Assembly: GCA_038326205.1 (NCBI GenBank)
Contig: JBBQJV010000014.1
Coordinates: forward strand, 3,232 to 67,231
Direction of reading: 5' to 3'
Length of the DNA: 64,000 nucleotides
Origin: Caulobacterales bacterium
GTDB lineage: Bacteria > Pseudomonadota > Alphaproteobacteria > Caulobacterales > Hyphomonadaceae
Of this stretch, positions 29,413 through 38,988 are shown piece by piece. Below the pieces are notes generated by a model. That model did no database searches and was not told the origin of the DNA. It saw only the letters and a list, made by a program, of their open reading frames with translations. The position numbers and the translations under genes are program-made. How positions within the stretch are numbered: position 1 is the stretch's first letter; the number at the start of each line of letters is the position of its first letter.

Positions 29413-30412
29413 TGTGCGCTTAACGAACTGACGAGATACAGCCCGCTTGCATCTATAGCCGTTGCCTGAGCGCTTGGTAAGGCGTCTGACCGTTGAATGC
29501 GCCATGTGGCCGTCTGAAATTGTAGAAGTGCTCCCATTCGTCGAGTTTGGCTTCGAGATCGACATCATCCTTGTACGACAGGAGCTGGTAAAGCCCTTCC
29601 TGGTCTGAGCGATGAGAGCGCTCGACTTTTCCATACAGCTGCGGCGTGCCGCGCTTGATGTACGCGTGGCGAATGCCCTGCTCCTCGATATGCCAATGGA
29701 ACTTGGCTTGGAATTCGTGACATTATCGGTACGAATTTCACGGATCCGGAATGGAAACTTTTCGATGATGTGATCGACGAAGTCGATCGCAATAGCTTGG
29801 GTATGCTCCTCGTAGATCTTGAGCGCCAGGATGTGCGTAGCGTCGTGGATGGCGGTATATTGGAAGCGACGAATTTTCTCACCGCGCGGCCCCTCGAAGG
29901 TGAGGAATTTGACATCCATCTGGATTTGATGGCCGGGGACCTGCTTGTTGTAGCGTTTGCTGTGGATCTTCCGGAGGCGCGTTCCGCGCGGCAGCCGGCT
30001 TACGCCGTTGCGCCTTAGGATTCGACTGACGCCGGCTTCAGAGATTTTGATGCCGTGATAGCGGGCGAGATACCAGACGATGCGGATCGGGCCGAGGTGA
30101 TAGGTGCTGCGCAAATGCAGAACCTTGTCGACGATCTCGGGCGGCGCGCGGTTGACGGGGTTCTTTGGGATCGGCTTGGCGTTGACAAGTCCAGCTTCGC
30201 CGAGCTGCCGGTAGGCGGTGCGCCAGCGATAGAAGCTCGCTCTGCCGATGCCAAAGTAGCGGCAGGTCTTCGCCACACAGCCTGATTGCTCCGCATAGCG
30301 AAGAATCTTGATTTTACACTGAACATCCCGAGCCTGATCGGCCATCTGTCGCATCTCCCATGCCGCTTGCCGTCATCATGGAAAATATCTCGCCAGTTCG
30401 TCCAGTCCTACA
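29413..30412 (-). mobile_element. IS481-family insertion sequence, 1000 bp, imperfect terminal inverted repeats
   Basis: The ends are TGTGCGCTTAACGAACTGACGAGATA (29413-) and, reverse-complemented from 30412, TGTAGGACTGGACGAACTGGCGAGATA. The core ACGAACTGNCGAGATA matches at 15 of 16 positions. TGT termini are typical of IS481. No target duplication is evident. Confidence 0.8.
29453..30354 (-). pseudogene. IS481-family (rve/DDE) transposase with a 1-nt deletion near 29722
   Basis: It reads ...EKFPFRIREIRTDN and then shifts. The +1 frame continues (H)EFQAKFHWHIEEQGIRHAYIKRGTPQLYGKVERSHRSDQE...FNGQTPYQALRQRL and stops at 29453-29455. GATAATGTCACGAATTC is expected to be GATAATGGTCACGAATTC. Confidence 0.85.
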
Positions 30413-30807
30413 GGCTGGCTATGGGTGAATGGTAGCCCGTAGTATAACGGTACCGCGCCGGAATGGGCGGTGTGGTTCTGGTTTGGCGTCTGTGCCGTCG
30501 ACTTTGTGGTGTTCTGGCTGTTGCTGACGCATCCTCGTGCTGGCACTGCGTCCGGCGTCGCGATCATGGTTTCGACAATGTCTGTCAACTGGACGCAGTT
30601 TCCGACGTTCGAATCAACATTCAACTGGGTTCTGATCGGGTTGACGATATTCGGCGTGACTATTGTCGCGCTGGCGCCCTGGCTCTGGAGCGCATCGCGT
30701 TGGAGATTGGGCGCATCGCCGTGAGTATCGGGAGCAACGAACGCAGCCGTCAAAGCAGCGAGACCGAGTGCGCTGAGCAATAGCGATGCGCGGATCGACA
30801 CGGTCAT
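30376..30807 (-). CDS. hypothetical secreted protein whose last 12 codons lie inside the IS481 end
   Basis: Start trimmed to MTVSIRASLLLSALGLAALTAAF (signal peptide). GC looks lower than the neighbours by eye. The ORF crosses the IS boundary at 30412, so the native 3' end may be lost. Confidence 0.4.
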   Translation of the reverse strand: MTVSIRASLLLSALGLAALTAAFVAPDTHGDAPNLQRDALQSQGASATIVTPNIVNPIRTQLNVDSNVGNCVQLTDIVETMIATPDAVPARGCVSNSQNTTKSTAQTPNQNHTAHSGAVPLYYGLPFTHSQPVGLDELARYFP

Positions 30808-30910
30808 GGATACATTTCTTGCGTGGATTTGGCCAACAAAGTATGAATACAAGGGCGGGGCGACTTAACGATCTCGGGACAATTGCGGACCAAGCACCTA
30901 TCTTGGGTAG

Positions 30911-33403
30911 ATGGCCGACGACCAGACAGCGCTTGAATCTACAGGCACAGGCATGGGCTTGTTGCCGCCGCGCTTTGCGAACTGGTTCGGCGCGCGTGGA
31001 TGGGAGCTGCGGCCGCATCAGGCAGATCTGATCGCGGCCGCGCGGCAGGGTCAGGGCGGGTTGGTGATCGCGCCCACAGGCGGCGGCAAAACACTCGCCG
31101 GCTTTCTGCCCAGCCTGATCGAACTCGCCGCCGCGCCTCCGCGTGTCCACCCCGCTCTGCACACGCTATACATTTCTCCACTGAAAGCTCTCGCCACCGA
31201 CGTGGCGCGGAACCTGACGCAGCCGGCGACGGAGATGAAGCTCGACCTGACGCTCGACACCAGGACGGGCGATACCAGCCCCTCGCGCAGACAGCGGCAG
31301 AGGGCCAAGCCGCCGGACATCCTGCTGACCACGCCGGAGCAGCTGGCGCTGCTGGTGGGGTCCGAACACGCCGGGCGCTTCTTCGGCGATTTGCGCGCCG
31401 TCATCGTGGACGAGGTGCACGCCATCGCGCAGACCAAGCGGGGCGACATGCTGGCGCTGGGCCTCGCCGCGTTGCGAGTGTGGGCGCCCGCAGCGCGGCA
31501 TATCGGACTGTCGGCGACCGTGAGCGATCCTGATGCGCTGGCGCGCTGGCTCGGACCGGGCACGCCGATCATCCGGCATCAAGGCGGGGCCAAGGCGAAC
31601 ATCGACGTGCTGGACAGCGAAGCGCGCATTCCGTGGTCGGGTCATTCGGGGCGGCACAATATTGGCGAGGTCTATCGGGCGATCAAGGCCGCGAAGATGT
31701 CGCTCGTCTTCGTCAATACGCGCAGTCAGGCGGAGATGACGTTTCAGGAGCTGTGGCGCCTCAACGAGGACAGCCTGCCCATCGCCCTGCACCATGGCTC
31801 GCTCGATATCGAGCAACGCCGCAAGGTCGAGGCAGCGATGGCGGCTGGCAAGCTGAAGGCGGTGGTTTGCACCTCGACACTCGATCTTGGCATTGACTGG
31901 GGTGACGTCGATCTGGTTGTGCAGATGGGCGCGCCCAAGGGCTCCTCCCGCTTGATTCAGCGGATCGGACGATCCAACCACCGGATGGATGAGCCGAGCC
32001 GCGCCCTGCTCGCGCCGTCCAATCGCTTTGAGGTGCTGGAGTGCCGTGCGGCGGTAGAGGCGGTGGCGGCGGGAGAGCTGGATGGGCCGGGGCCGCGGCG
32101 GGGAGCGCTGGATGTGCTGGCGCAGCACATCATGGGGCGTGCGTGCGGTGGTGGCTTCGATGCGGTGAAGCTCTACGAGGAAGTGCGGGTTGCGGCGCCC
32201 TACGCCGATCTCGACCGGGAGACGTGGGATCGCGTTGTCGATCTAGTCGCCACGGGCGGCTATGCGCTGAAGACCTATGATCGCTATCGCCGCATCGTGC
32301 GCTTTCCCGATGGGGTCTGGCGTGCGCGCAATGACGATGTGCGCAGCCGGCATCGGATGAACATCGGCGTCATCATCGAGGAGCCTATGATCCCGGTGCG
32401 CATGGTGTCGTTCTACAAAGGGGCCAACGCCGACAAGCGCCTGACGCGCCCGGGACGCAAGCTGGGCGAGATGGAGGAGCATTTCTTCGAAATGCTGACG
32501 CCCGGCGACACGTTCCTGTTTGCCGGCGAAATTCTGCGCTTCGAGGGGATCTCGGATTCTGATGCGCTGGTGACGAAGACCTACGACCCCAGTCCAAAAA
32601 TTCCTTCCTACAATGGCGGCAAGTTTCCGCTGACCACGTTTCTGGCGGATCGCGTGCGCCACATCCTGCATGATCGTGACAACTGGAACAAGCTACCCGA
32701 TCAGGTACGCGAATGGATCGAGGTGCAGGAGCGCAAGTCGATCATTCCGTCGGCTGACCAGTTATTGGTGGAGACATTCCCGCGCGGGGATCGCCACTAT
32801 CTGGTCTGCTATCCGTTCGAGGGGCGACTGGCGCACCAGACGCTCGGCATGCTGCTGACGCGGCGACTGGAGCGCACCGGCCTCAAGCCGCTCGGCTTTG
32901 TGGCGTCGGAGTACGCGCTGTCGATCTGGGCGCTGGAGGACATGCGCAGCGAAGACATGGACTATCTGTTCTCGGAAGACATGCTGGGCGACGACCTGGA
33001 TGCATGGATGGAGGAAAGCGCCCTGATGAAGCGCACCTTCCGCAACAACGCGCTGATAGCCGGGCTGATCGAACGCCGTCTGCAGAAGCACAAAAAGACC
33101 GGCCGGCAGATCACGTTCTCGACCGACCTGATCTACGATGTGCTGCGTAGCCACGAGCCGGACCACATCCTGCTGCATGCCGCGCGACAGGAGGCGGGCG
33201 ATGGCCTGCTTGACGTTCGCAGACTTGGCGAGGCGTTGAAGCGCATAAAAGGCAAGATCGTCCATGCGAAGCTGGAAAAGATTTCTCCGTTCGCGGTGCC
33301 GGTGATGCTGGAGATCGGCAAGGAGCCGGTGTTCTCGGGCAATGCAGCCGAGGCGATCCTGCGCGAGGCGGAGGACGATCTGGTCCGGGATGCGATGAGC
33401 TGA
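30911..33403 (+). CDS. ligase-associated DNA damage response DExH-box helicase (Lhr-core-like)
   Basis: 830 aa. The motifs are APTGGGKT (motif I), VIVDEVHA (DExH) and QRIGRSNHR (motif VI), followed by a long C-terminal domain. Confidence 0.9.
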   Translation: MADDQTALESTGTGMGLLPPRFANWFGARGWELRPHQADLIAAARQGQGGLVIAPTGGGKTLAGFLPSLIELAAAPPRVHPALHTLYISPLKALATDVARNLTQPATEMKLDLTLDTRTGDTSPSRRQRQRAKPPDILLTTPEQLALLVGSEHAGRFFGDLRAVIVDEVHAIAQTKRGDMLALGLAALRVWAPAARHIGLSATVSDPDALARWLGPGTPIIRHQGGAKANIDVLDSEARIPWSGHSGRHNIGEVYRAIKAAKMSLVFVNTRSQAEMTFQELWRLNEDSLPIALHHGSLDIEQRRKVEAAMAAGKLKAVVCTSTLDLGIDWGDVDLVVQMGAPKGSSRLIQRIGRSNHRMDEPSRALLAPSNRFEVLECRAAVEAVAAGELDGPGPRRGALDVLAQHIMGRACGGGFDAVKLYEEVRVAAPYADLDRETWDRVVDLVATGGYALKTYDRYRRIVRFPDGVWRARNDDVRSRHRMNIGVIIEEPMIPVRMVSFYKGANADKRLTRPGRKLGEMEEHFFEMLTPGDTFLFAGEILRFEGISDSDALVTKTYDPSPKIPSYNGGKFPLTTFLADRVRHILHDRDNWNKLPDQVREWIEVQERKSIIPSADQLLVETFPRGDRHYLVCYPFEGRLAHQTLGMLLTRRLERTGLKPLGFVASEYALSIWALEDMRSEDMDYLFSEDMLGDDLDAWMEESALMKRTFRNNALIAGLIERRLQKHKKTGRQITFSTDLIYDVLRSHEPDHILLHAARQEAGDGLLDVRRLGEALKRIKGKIVHAKLEKISPFAVPVMLEIGKEPVFSGNAAEAILREAEDDLVRDAMS

Positions 33404-33405
33404 AG

Positions 33406-33726
33406 CTAGTTGCCTTCGAACCTGTCACCCAAATTGCCGGCGCGGCGACCTGTGCCGAACTCTTCGGCCGACTTGCGCGCCTCCTCGGCGAACGCATCCC
33501 ATTGGGCCTGCGTTGAGCAGACCTTCTGCGGGAAGTTCGATCCCGTCGTCTTCATGCTTTTGCAGATCCTCGTGTCGGCGAGGCCTCTGGCCTTGGCAGC
33601 CCGCGACTTGTCGAGTGCGGCCCAGCGTGTGGCGGCGCTGCCCGAAGGAGTTATCAGAGTTGTACATCCGGTGAGCGAAACCGAGCCCACAATGGCGCTC
33701 ACGATCGTAATGCCGACATATCGCAT
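33406..33726 (-). CDS. small lipoprotein (two-Cys motif family)
   Basis: The lipobox is SLTGC. It carries RICKSMKTTGSNFPQKVCSTQAQWDAF and is a paralog of 33822-34112. Confidence 0.6.
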   Translation of the reverse strand: MRYVGITIVSAIVGSVSLTGCTTLITPSGSAATRWAALDKSRAAKARGLADTRICKSMKTTGSNFPQKVCSTQAQWDAFAEEARKSAEEFGTGRRAGNLGDRFEGN

Positions 33727-33821
33727 GCATTTCCCCATCCGGTTTTCTTGCCGAACTTTGAGAAATAGGCGGGCCTTCCCGGCTCTGCCACGTGAGGGGC
33801 GCCGACCTGGTCAACCCTTCG

Positions 33822-34112
33822 TCAGTCCCGATTGAAGCGGCCGACGTTGGAATATTGGCGGGCTTCGGTGAAGAGGGCCTCTGTCTCGAGGCGGCGGCGT
33901 TGGTCGAATGTCGCCCACGACTCCCTGGTTGCGCAGATGGTGCGTGGAATGTTGGTGTCCGGCGGCGTGTCGCGACGGCACTCCATACCCGTGATGTCGG
34001 TTTCGGCCAGCGTCATGGTCTGCTTTGTTACCAGCGGCTTCGTGCTGATACAGCCCGACAACACGAAACCGGACAACAGGACGCTGGAAATCAGCAGATA
34101 GCGACTGGTCAT
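33822..34112 (-). CDS. small lipoprotein (two-Cys motif family)
   Basis: Start trimmed to MTSRYLLISSVLLSGFVLSGC (GGAGAGG RBS). It carries MECRRDTPPDTNIPRTICATRESWATF. Confidence 0.6.
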   Translation of the reverse strand: MTSRYLLISSVLLSGFVLSGCISTKPLVTKQTMTLAETDITGMECRRDTPPDTNIPRTICATRESWATFDQRRRLETEALFTEARQYSNVGRFNRD

Positions 34113-34226
34113 GTGCCTCTCCGAGCTCTGCTGTAGGCTAGCATGGTCGCCGCACCGGTGACAGGTTGCAGTGAAACAATCCGGCCGCAGTTGACGTAAG
34201 GGCCAACCGCCGACACGGTCCCGCCG

Positions 34227-34952
34227 ATGCAATCCGCGCTGAAAAGCACCGACGCAGGCAACGGCCTCGACCTGCTGGTCGCGGACGCTCGCGTGCGCGC
34301 GCTGACGTGCGGCGCTTTATGGTGGGAGGCGGAAAGCGTGCTGGTCGTGTCGGACCTGCACCTCGAGAAAGCGTCGTCCTATGCAGCGGGCGGTCAAATG
34401 CTGCCGCCGTATGACACGCGCACCACGCTGGCGCGGGTGGAGAGGCAGATGGCCGCCCTCTCCCCGCGCATTGTCATCTCGCTGGGCGACAGTTTTCACG
34501 ACAGGCGCGCGCGGCCCCGCATGGCGGCGGACGATGTCGCGCGGCTTAGGCAGATGACGGGGCGCAGCGATTGGGTCTGGGTTGAGGGGAACCATGATCC
34601 GGCGCAGCCGGAGGATCTCGGTGGGCGCGCGACGTTCGAACTGGCGATCGGCCCACTGACTTTCCGCCACATTCCGACAGCGGGCGATGCGCCCGGCGAG
34701 GTCGCGGGCCACCTTCATCCGTGTGCCAAGGTGCTCGGTCGTGGCGGGCGTGCCGTGCGGGCGCGCTGCTTCGCCACGAATGGCGAGAGACTGGTGATGC
34801 CGGCCTATGGTGCGCTGACGGGCGGGCTGAATGTCCTTGACCCGGCTTTCGGGGTGGTGTTCCCGAACGGACGACTGCGGGTCGGCGTAATGGGGCGCGA
34901 TGCGGTCTATCTCGCGGGCCTAGACAGCCTCGCTCCGGATGGCGCACGATAG
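34227..34952 (+). CDS. pdeM: ligase-associated DNA damage response endonuclease PdeM (metallophosphoesterase)
   Basis: The metallophosphoesterase motifs [16 protein letters not shown] and EGNHD are present, with a GHLHP motif toward the C-terminus. Confidence 0.85.
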   Translation: MQSALKSTDAGNGLDLLVADARVRALTCGALWWEAESVLVVSDLHLEKASSYAAGGQMLPPYDTRTTLARVERQMAALSPRIVISLGDSFHDRRARPRMAADDVARLRQMTGRSDWVWVEGNHDPAQPEDLGGRATFELAIGPLTFRHIPTAGDAPGEVAGHLHPCAKVLGRGGRAVRARCFATNGERLVMPAYGALTGGLNVLDPAFGVVFPNGRLRVGVMGRDAVYLAGLDSLAPDGAR

Positions 34953-35007
34953 CTGCGGCTTGACCCTGCCCGCCGCCACGAATAGGCGGAGCGCTCAGGA
35001 GTCTCCC

Positions 35008-36594
35008 ATGCCCGTCGCCGATATTGCGCAAGCCGCAAAAGCCTGGCCTTTCGAACAGGCCCGCGAGCTGAGGGCGCGCATCGAGAAGCTGGAGAAGGCC
35101 GGGCGCGCCAAGGATGCGCCGGTGGTGTTCGAGACCGGCTATGGTCCGTCCGGACTGCCGCACATCGGGACGTTCGGCGAAGTGGTGCGCACGACAATGG
35201 TGCGTCGTGCGTTCGAGGCGTTGACGGACGGCGCATACACCACGCGGATGATCTGCGTGTCGGACGATATGGACGGCATGCGCAAGGTGCCGGACACGGT
35301 GCCGAACCCCGACAAGCTGCAGAGCTTCATGCAGAAGCCGCTGACGTCGGTGCCCGACCCGTTCGGCACGCATGAGAGCTATGGCGCGCACATGAATGCG
35401 CGGCTGCGCGCCTTCCTCGACAGTTTCGGTTTTCAGTACGAGTTCGCCTCGGCGACCGAGCTCTACAAGTCAGGCCGGTTTGACGCGATGCTGCTGCGCG
35501 CTGCCGACAAGTACGACGACATCATGAAGGTGATGCTGCCGACGCTGGGGCCGGAGCGGCGCGAGACCTACTCTCCCTTCCTGCCGATTTCGCCGACGAC
35601 GGGACGCGTTCTTTACGTGCCGATGAAGGCGGTCGACGCGAAGGCCGGCACGGTCACGTTCGTTGACGAGAATGGCGAAGACACCACGCTGCCGGTCACG
35701 GGTGGTCACGTAAAACTGCAGTGGAAGCCGGATTTCGGGATGCGCTGGGCAGCCCTCGGCGTCGACTTCGAGATGTTCGGCAAGGACCACATGGCCAACG
35801 CGCCGATATATTCGAAGATCTGCAAGATCCTCGGCGCCGAACCGCCACAGCAATTCGTCTATGAGCTTTTTCTCGACGACAAGGGCGAGAAGATTTCCAA
35901 GACCAAGGGCAATGGCATCTCGGTCGAACAGTGGCTGGCCTATGCGCCCGCCGAAAGTCTGTCGCTGTATCAGTGGCAGAAACCCAAGACCGCAAAGAAA
36001 CTCTACTTCGACGTGATCCCGAAGGCGGTGGACGAGTACCTCACCTTCCTTGCGGCCTACGCGAAGCAGACGTCGGAACAGCAACTCGAAAACCCTGCCT
36101 GGCATATCCATGGCGGCGCGCCGCCCGCGAAGTCCTCGCCGGTGTCGTTTGCCATGTTGTTGAACCTCGTCTCGGCTGCCAATGCCTCGAACAAGGACGT
36201 GCTGTGGGGCTTCATACGCCGCGAGGCGCCGAACGCCTCGCCAAAGACGGACCCGCTGCTCGATCACCTCGTGGTCCATGCGCTGAAATACTACACCGAT
36301 TTCGTGAAGCCGACGAAGACCTATCGTGCGCCGGATGAGAAGGAACGTGCGGCGCTTGCCGATCTTGCGACGCGCCTCGAGACGTGGACAGGCGCCATGG
36401 ATGGCGAGAGCCTGCAGACGATGGTGTTCGCGGTCGGAACCAAGCATGCGTTCGAACCGCTGCGCGGCTGGTTCACGGCGATCTATGAAGTCTGTCTCGG
36501 CCAGAGCCAGGGTCCCCGCTTTGGCGGCTTCGTCGCGCTCTATGGCGTGAAGGAATCTGCCCAGCTGATCCGGGACTCGCTGGCGCGCGGTTAG
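35008..36594 (+). CDS. lysK: lysine--tRNA ligase, class I
   Basis: Start trimmed to [17 protein letters not shown] after AGGAG. HIGH-type motif [10 protein letters not shown] and KMSKS-type motif KISKTKGNG. Confidence 0.9.
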   Translation: MPVADIAQAAKAWPFEQARELRARIEKLEKAGRAKDAPVVFETGYGPSGLPHIGTFGEVVRTTMVRRAFEALTDGAYTTRMICVSDDMDGMRKVPDTVPNPDKLQSFMQKPLTSVPDPFGTHESYGAHMNARLRAFLDSFGFQYEFASATELYKSGRFDAMLLRAADKYDDIMKVMLPTLGPERRETYSPFLPISPTTGRVLYVPMKAVDAKAGTVTFVDENGEDTTLPVTGGHVKLQWKPDFGMRWAALGVDFEMFGKDHMANAPIYSKICKILGAEPPQQFVYELFLDDKGEKISKTKGNGISVEQWLAYAPAESLSLYQWQKPKTAKKLYFDVIPKAVDEYLTFLAAYAKQTSEQQLENPAWHIHGGAPPAKSSPVSFAMLLNLVSAANASNKDVLWGFIRREAPNASPKTDPLLDHLVVHALKYYTDFVKPTKTYRAPDEKERAALADLATRLETWTGAMDGESLQTMVFAVGTKHAFEPLRGWFTAIYEVCLGQSQGPRFGGFVALYGVKESAQLIRDSLARG

Positions 36595-36672
36595 CACTCG
36601 CGCAAAATCGAGACGGTTCCCGACTATTTCGGGATCGCTCTCCGGGCGAGCGCGTATCCTTGTTCATGATGA

Positions 36673-36896
36673 CCTAGGAAACCTGCAAGCTGCGTTACTC
36701 CCGCCCCAGCGAAACGTTCACGGGCGAAACGGATTGGCTGGTTGAACGGATCAGTCGCGCGGAGGCCTCCATCCGCAAGCGGAAGCTTGAAGAGATGGGC
36801 TGTGTCGTGGAACTCATCGATCCGTTCGGCAACTCCGCGGCGTCTCTTCACGCCCGGTTTGGCGCAAAGCTCGATCCAAGGCGGCAGATGAACTGA
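36673..36896 (+). pseudogene. possible remnant of a VOC/glyoxalase-family gene (C-terminal fragment only)
   Basis: An open frame without a credible start ends ...EEMGCVVELIDPFGNSAASLHARF, which resembles the C-terminal DPxGN motif of VOC proteins. It is too short to be a whole domain. Confidence 0.2.
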
Positions 36897-36921
36897 AGCA
36901 TTGGAGCTTCAGTGGCGCGCG

Positions 36922-37329
36922 TCAGTGAAAGGCGAGTACCGAGAAGACGACGCCTGCCAGAAGTGTCAGGCCCGCCAGCGGCGCAAGACTCGACAGAAGA
37001 TTGCCGGCCTGACGCGTACGTCCCGCATGCACCATTTCGATCCCGAAAACGGCCAGCGAGAACAGCACCGCGAAGATCACCTTCATCCAGAACATTGCGC
37101 CGGGATAGAACAGCCACGGTTTCACCACGAGCAGCCCGATGCCGCTGGGAACCATCAACACGACACCGACGCTCGCCAGCCGCGCATAGGTCCGCCCCGG
37201 TCCACGTTTGGGCGCAGCCTTGCCCCGCGACGCAGGTTTTGCCGATACAAGCGAGGCAAGCGCGCCCACGACACCGCTGGCCGCGAGCATTAGCCCGACA
37301 AAGTGCAGAATCAGCAGCCCATCCGCCAT
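36922..37329 (-). CDS. hypothetical four-TM membrane protein
   Basis: Start trimmed to MADGLLILHFVGLML. It is hydrophobic throughout. Confidence 0.5.
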   Translation of the reverse strand: MADGLLILHFVGLMLAASGVVGALASLVSAKPASRGKAAPKRGPGRTYARLASVGVVLMVPSGIGLLVVKPWLFYPGAMFWMKVIFAVLFSLAVFGIEMVHAGRTRQAGNLLSSLAPLAGLTLLAGVVFSVLAFH

Positions 37330-37390
37330 GCTTTGGGGCATAAGGTCTGCGCCGGAATGGAGCAATCAGGCTGAGGTCAGGCCAAATCGA

Positions 37391-37849
37391 TCAGGTCCGC
37401 ATCGGGCAGCGGATGAGGTCGACAGATTCTGAGTCGTTGATGGTGACGCGCATCTGTTGCTTGTTCGGATTGATCCGGAAGAACACAAAATCATGGCTCT
37501 GGCGGCCGTCCCCGACGCAACGCGCGCTGGCGGACCAGCCTTGCTCCGGGTCGCTGCTTTCCGCCGTGGTGAAGATACGCTCGAAGACGCAGAAGCGCTG
37601 GCGCTTCATGCCCATGCGGTTTTCCTCGATCGTCCAGACTTCGCGCTGGTTGTTGCAGCCATCGGAACTCGGCGCCCATTCGCCGGCATAGGCGCGATCC
37701 TGCGTGGCGTCGGCGCGAAAGGCGTTGCTGTCGCTGTCCGGCATCCCGGCGGCGGGTTCCGATTCGTTCGACGGCCCCTCGCAGGCTCCGGAGAGCGCCA
37801 GCAGGGCGATGCAGACCAGGGCGCGCACGTGAAAGGCTCCTCGATACAA
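37391..37849 (-). CDS. hypothetical lipoprotein
   Basis: The lipobox is LALSGAC and there are four further Cys. No family was recognised. Confidence 0.55.
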   Translation of the reverse strand: MYRGAFHVRALVCIALLALSGACEGPSNESEPAAGMPDSDSNAFRADATQDRAYAGEWAPSSDGCNNQREVWTIEENRMGMKRQRFCVFERIFTTAESSDPEQGWSASARCVGDGRQSHDFVFFRINPNKQQMRVTINDSESVDLIRCPMRT

Positions 37850-37930
37850 GGAAGTTACCGCCTCAGTTTGAGGCGTTGCGCAAGTGGTCAGGTCGGCGCA
37901 TCATGCAATTTCCAGAAACAAGGGCCCTGC

Positions 37931-38716
37931 ATGCGCAGTTTTCGCAGCGCATTCGGACATCTCAGTGTCGCGCTTGCCGCGTCTCTCCTGCTCGCCCAAC
38001 CGGCTCTGGCTCATCCAACACCGTCGGAACTCGCCGGCAAATTCGCGCGTGGCGAGTATCTGACGGCGGCGGCCGATGCGGAGGCTGCGGCCGGAGCAGA
38101 CGACCTGGCCTTCGCTGCACGGGCGCTTCTGGCCCACTGCATGACGGGAAATTCGGACCCCGACGCGGTGCTGATCGAGCGAGCCGTCCGCGACGCCGAG
38201 GCGGCGCTGAAGGAAGACCCCGGCCACAAGGAGGCGCAGCTGCAACTCGCCATAGCGCTCTCGCTCAAGAGCCGCGAGATGGATGTGATGGCGGCATGGA
38301 CGGCGGGCTATGGCGATCGCGGCAAGAAGCTGGCCGAGGAAGTGCTGAAGTCCGATCCGCGCAACTTCTATGCGCATGGCTTTCTGGCGGTGTGGAACAT
38401 CGAGGTCGAACGGCGTGGCGGAGCGATGGGGTCGTGGATGATGGGGGCCAGCCTCGACGACGCCCGCAGGCATTACGACGCCGCACGCCAGCTCGCGCCC
38501 GACGATGTCGGCGTACACTGGCAATACGCCCGTGCCCTCGCCGCGCTGGATATCAAACGCTATCAGGGTGAGGTAAAAGCGGCTCTGGAGCGCGCTGCGG
38601 CAGCGGCAGTCTCGGATCATGTCGAGCAAGTGATGCAGGACCGTGCGCGTGTTTTGCTGGCGTCGTTGGCTGGCGATCAGGAAGCCGCCCAGAAACTCGC
38701 GCGGGCCATGCTGTGA
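37931..38716 (+). CDS. secreted helical-repeat (TPR-like) hypothetical protein
   Basis: Start trimmed to MRSFRSAFGHLSVALAASLLLAQPALA. The 5' part of track ORF 37457-38716 is antisense to the 37391-37849 gene. Confidence 0.6.
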   Translation: MRSFRSAFGHLSVALAASLLLAQPALAHPTPSELAGKFARGEYLTAAADAEAAAGADDLAFAARALLAHCMTGNSDPDAVLIERAVRDAEAALKEDPGHKEAQLQLAIALSLKSREMDVMAAWTAGYGDRGKKLAEEVLKSDPRNFYAHGFLAVWNIEVERRGGAMGSWMMGASLDDARRHYDAARQLAPDDVGVHWQYARALAALDIKRYQGEVKAALERAAAAAVSDHVEQVMQDRARVLLASLAGDQEAAQKLARAML

Positions 38717-38982
38717 TCTGGCCAGAGGCGAAAGCGGTGCGCGCTAGCTTTGAACAGGTGCAGGCGATACTTCACGGTGAATGGGACCCGATCGGTGGTG
38801 GCGTCCCGGTCGATGAATATGACAGTTATGCGTGGACTGTCGTGCGTATGCTTGGTGAAGGGGCCGGGCGCGAAGCTTTTGCGCGCCATCTCTGCTGGGC
38901 TGCGGATGAGGCGATGGGGTGTCCCGTTCCGGAGGCGAGACTAGCGGGGGTGGTGGAACGCCTGCTGAATCTGATTGGCTGA
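38713..38982 (+). CDS. small hypothetical protein
   Basis: GTG start overlapping the upstream stop (GTGA). It contains HGEWDPIGGGVPVDEYDSYAWTVVRML. Confidence 0.5.
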   Translation: MIWPEAKAVRASFEQVQAILHGEWDPIGGGVPVDEYDSYAWTVVRMLGEGAGREAFARHLCWAADEAMGCPVPEARLAGVVERLLNLIG

Positions 38983-38988
38983 TCCATT

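Noticed and set aside
29242-29452. The C-terminal 70 codons of the 370-aa track ORF 29242-30354
   Set aside because: This is out-of-frame readthrough caused by the transposase frameshift. It runs past the IS end and antisense into the lipocalin gene. The true frame stops at 29453-29455.
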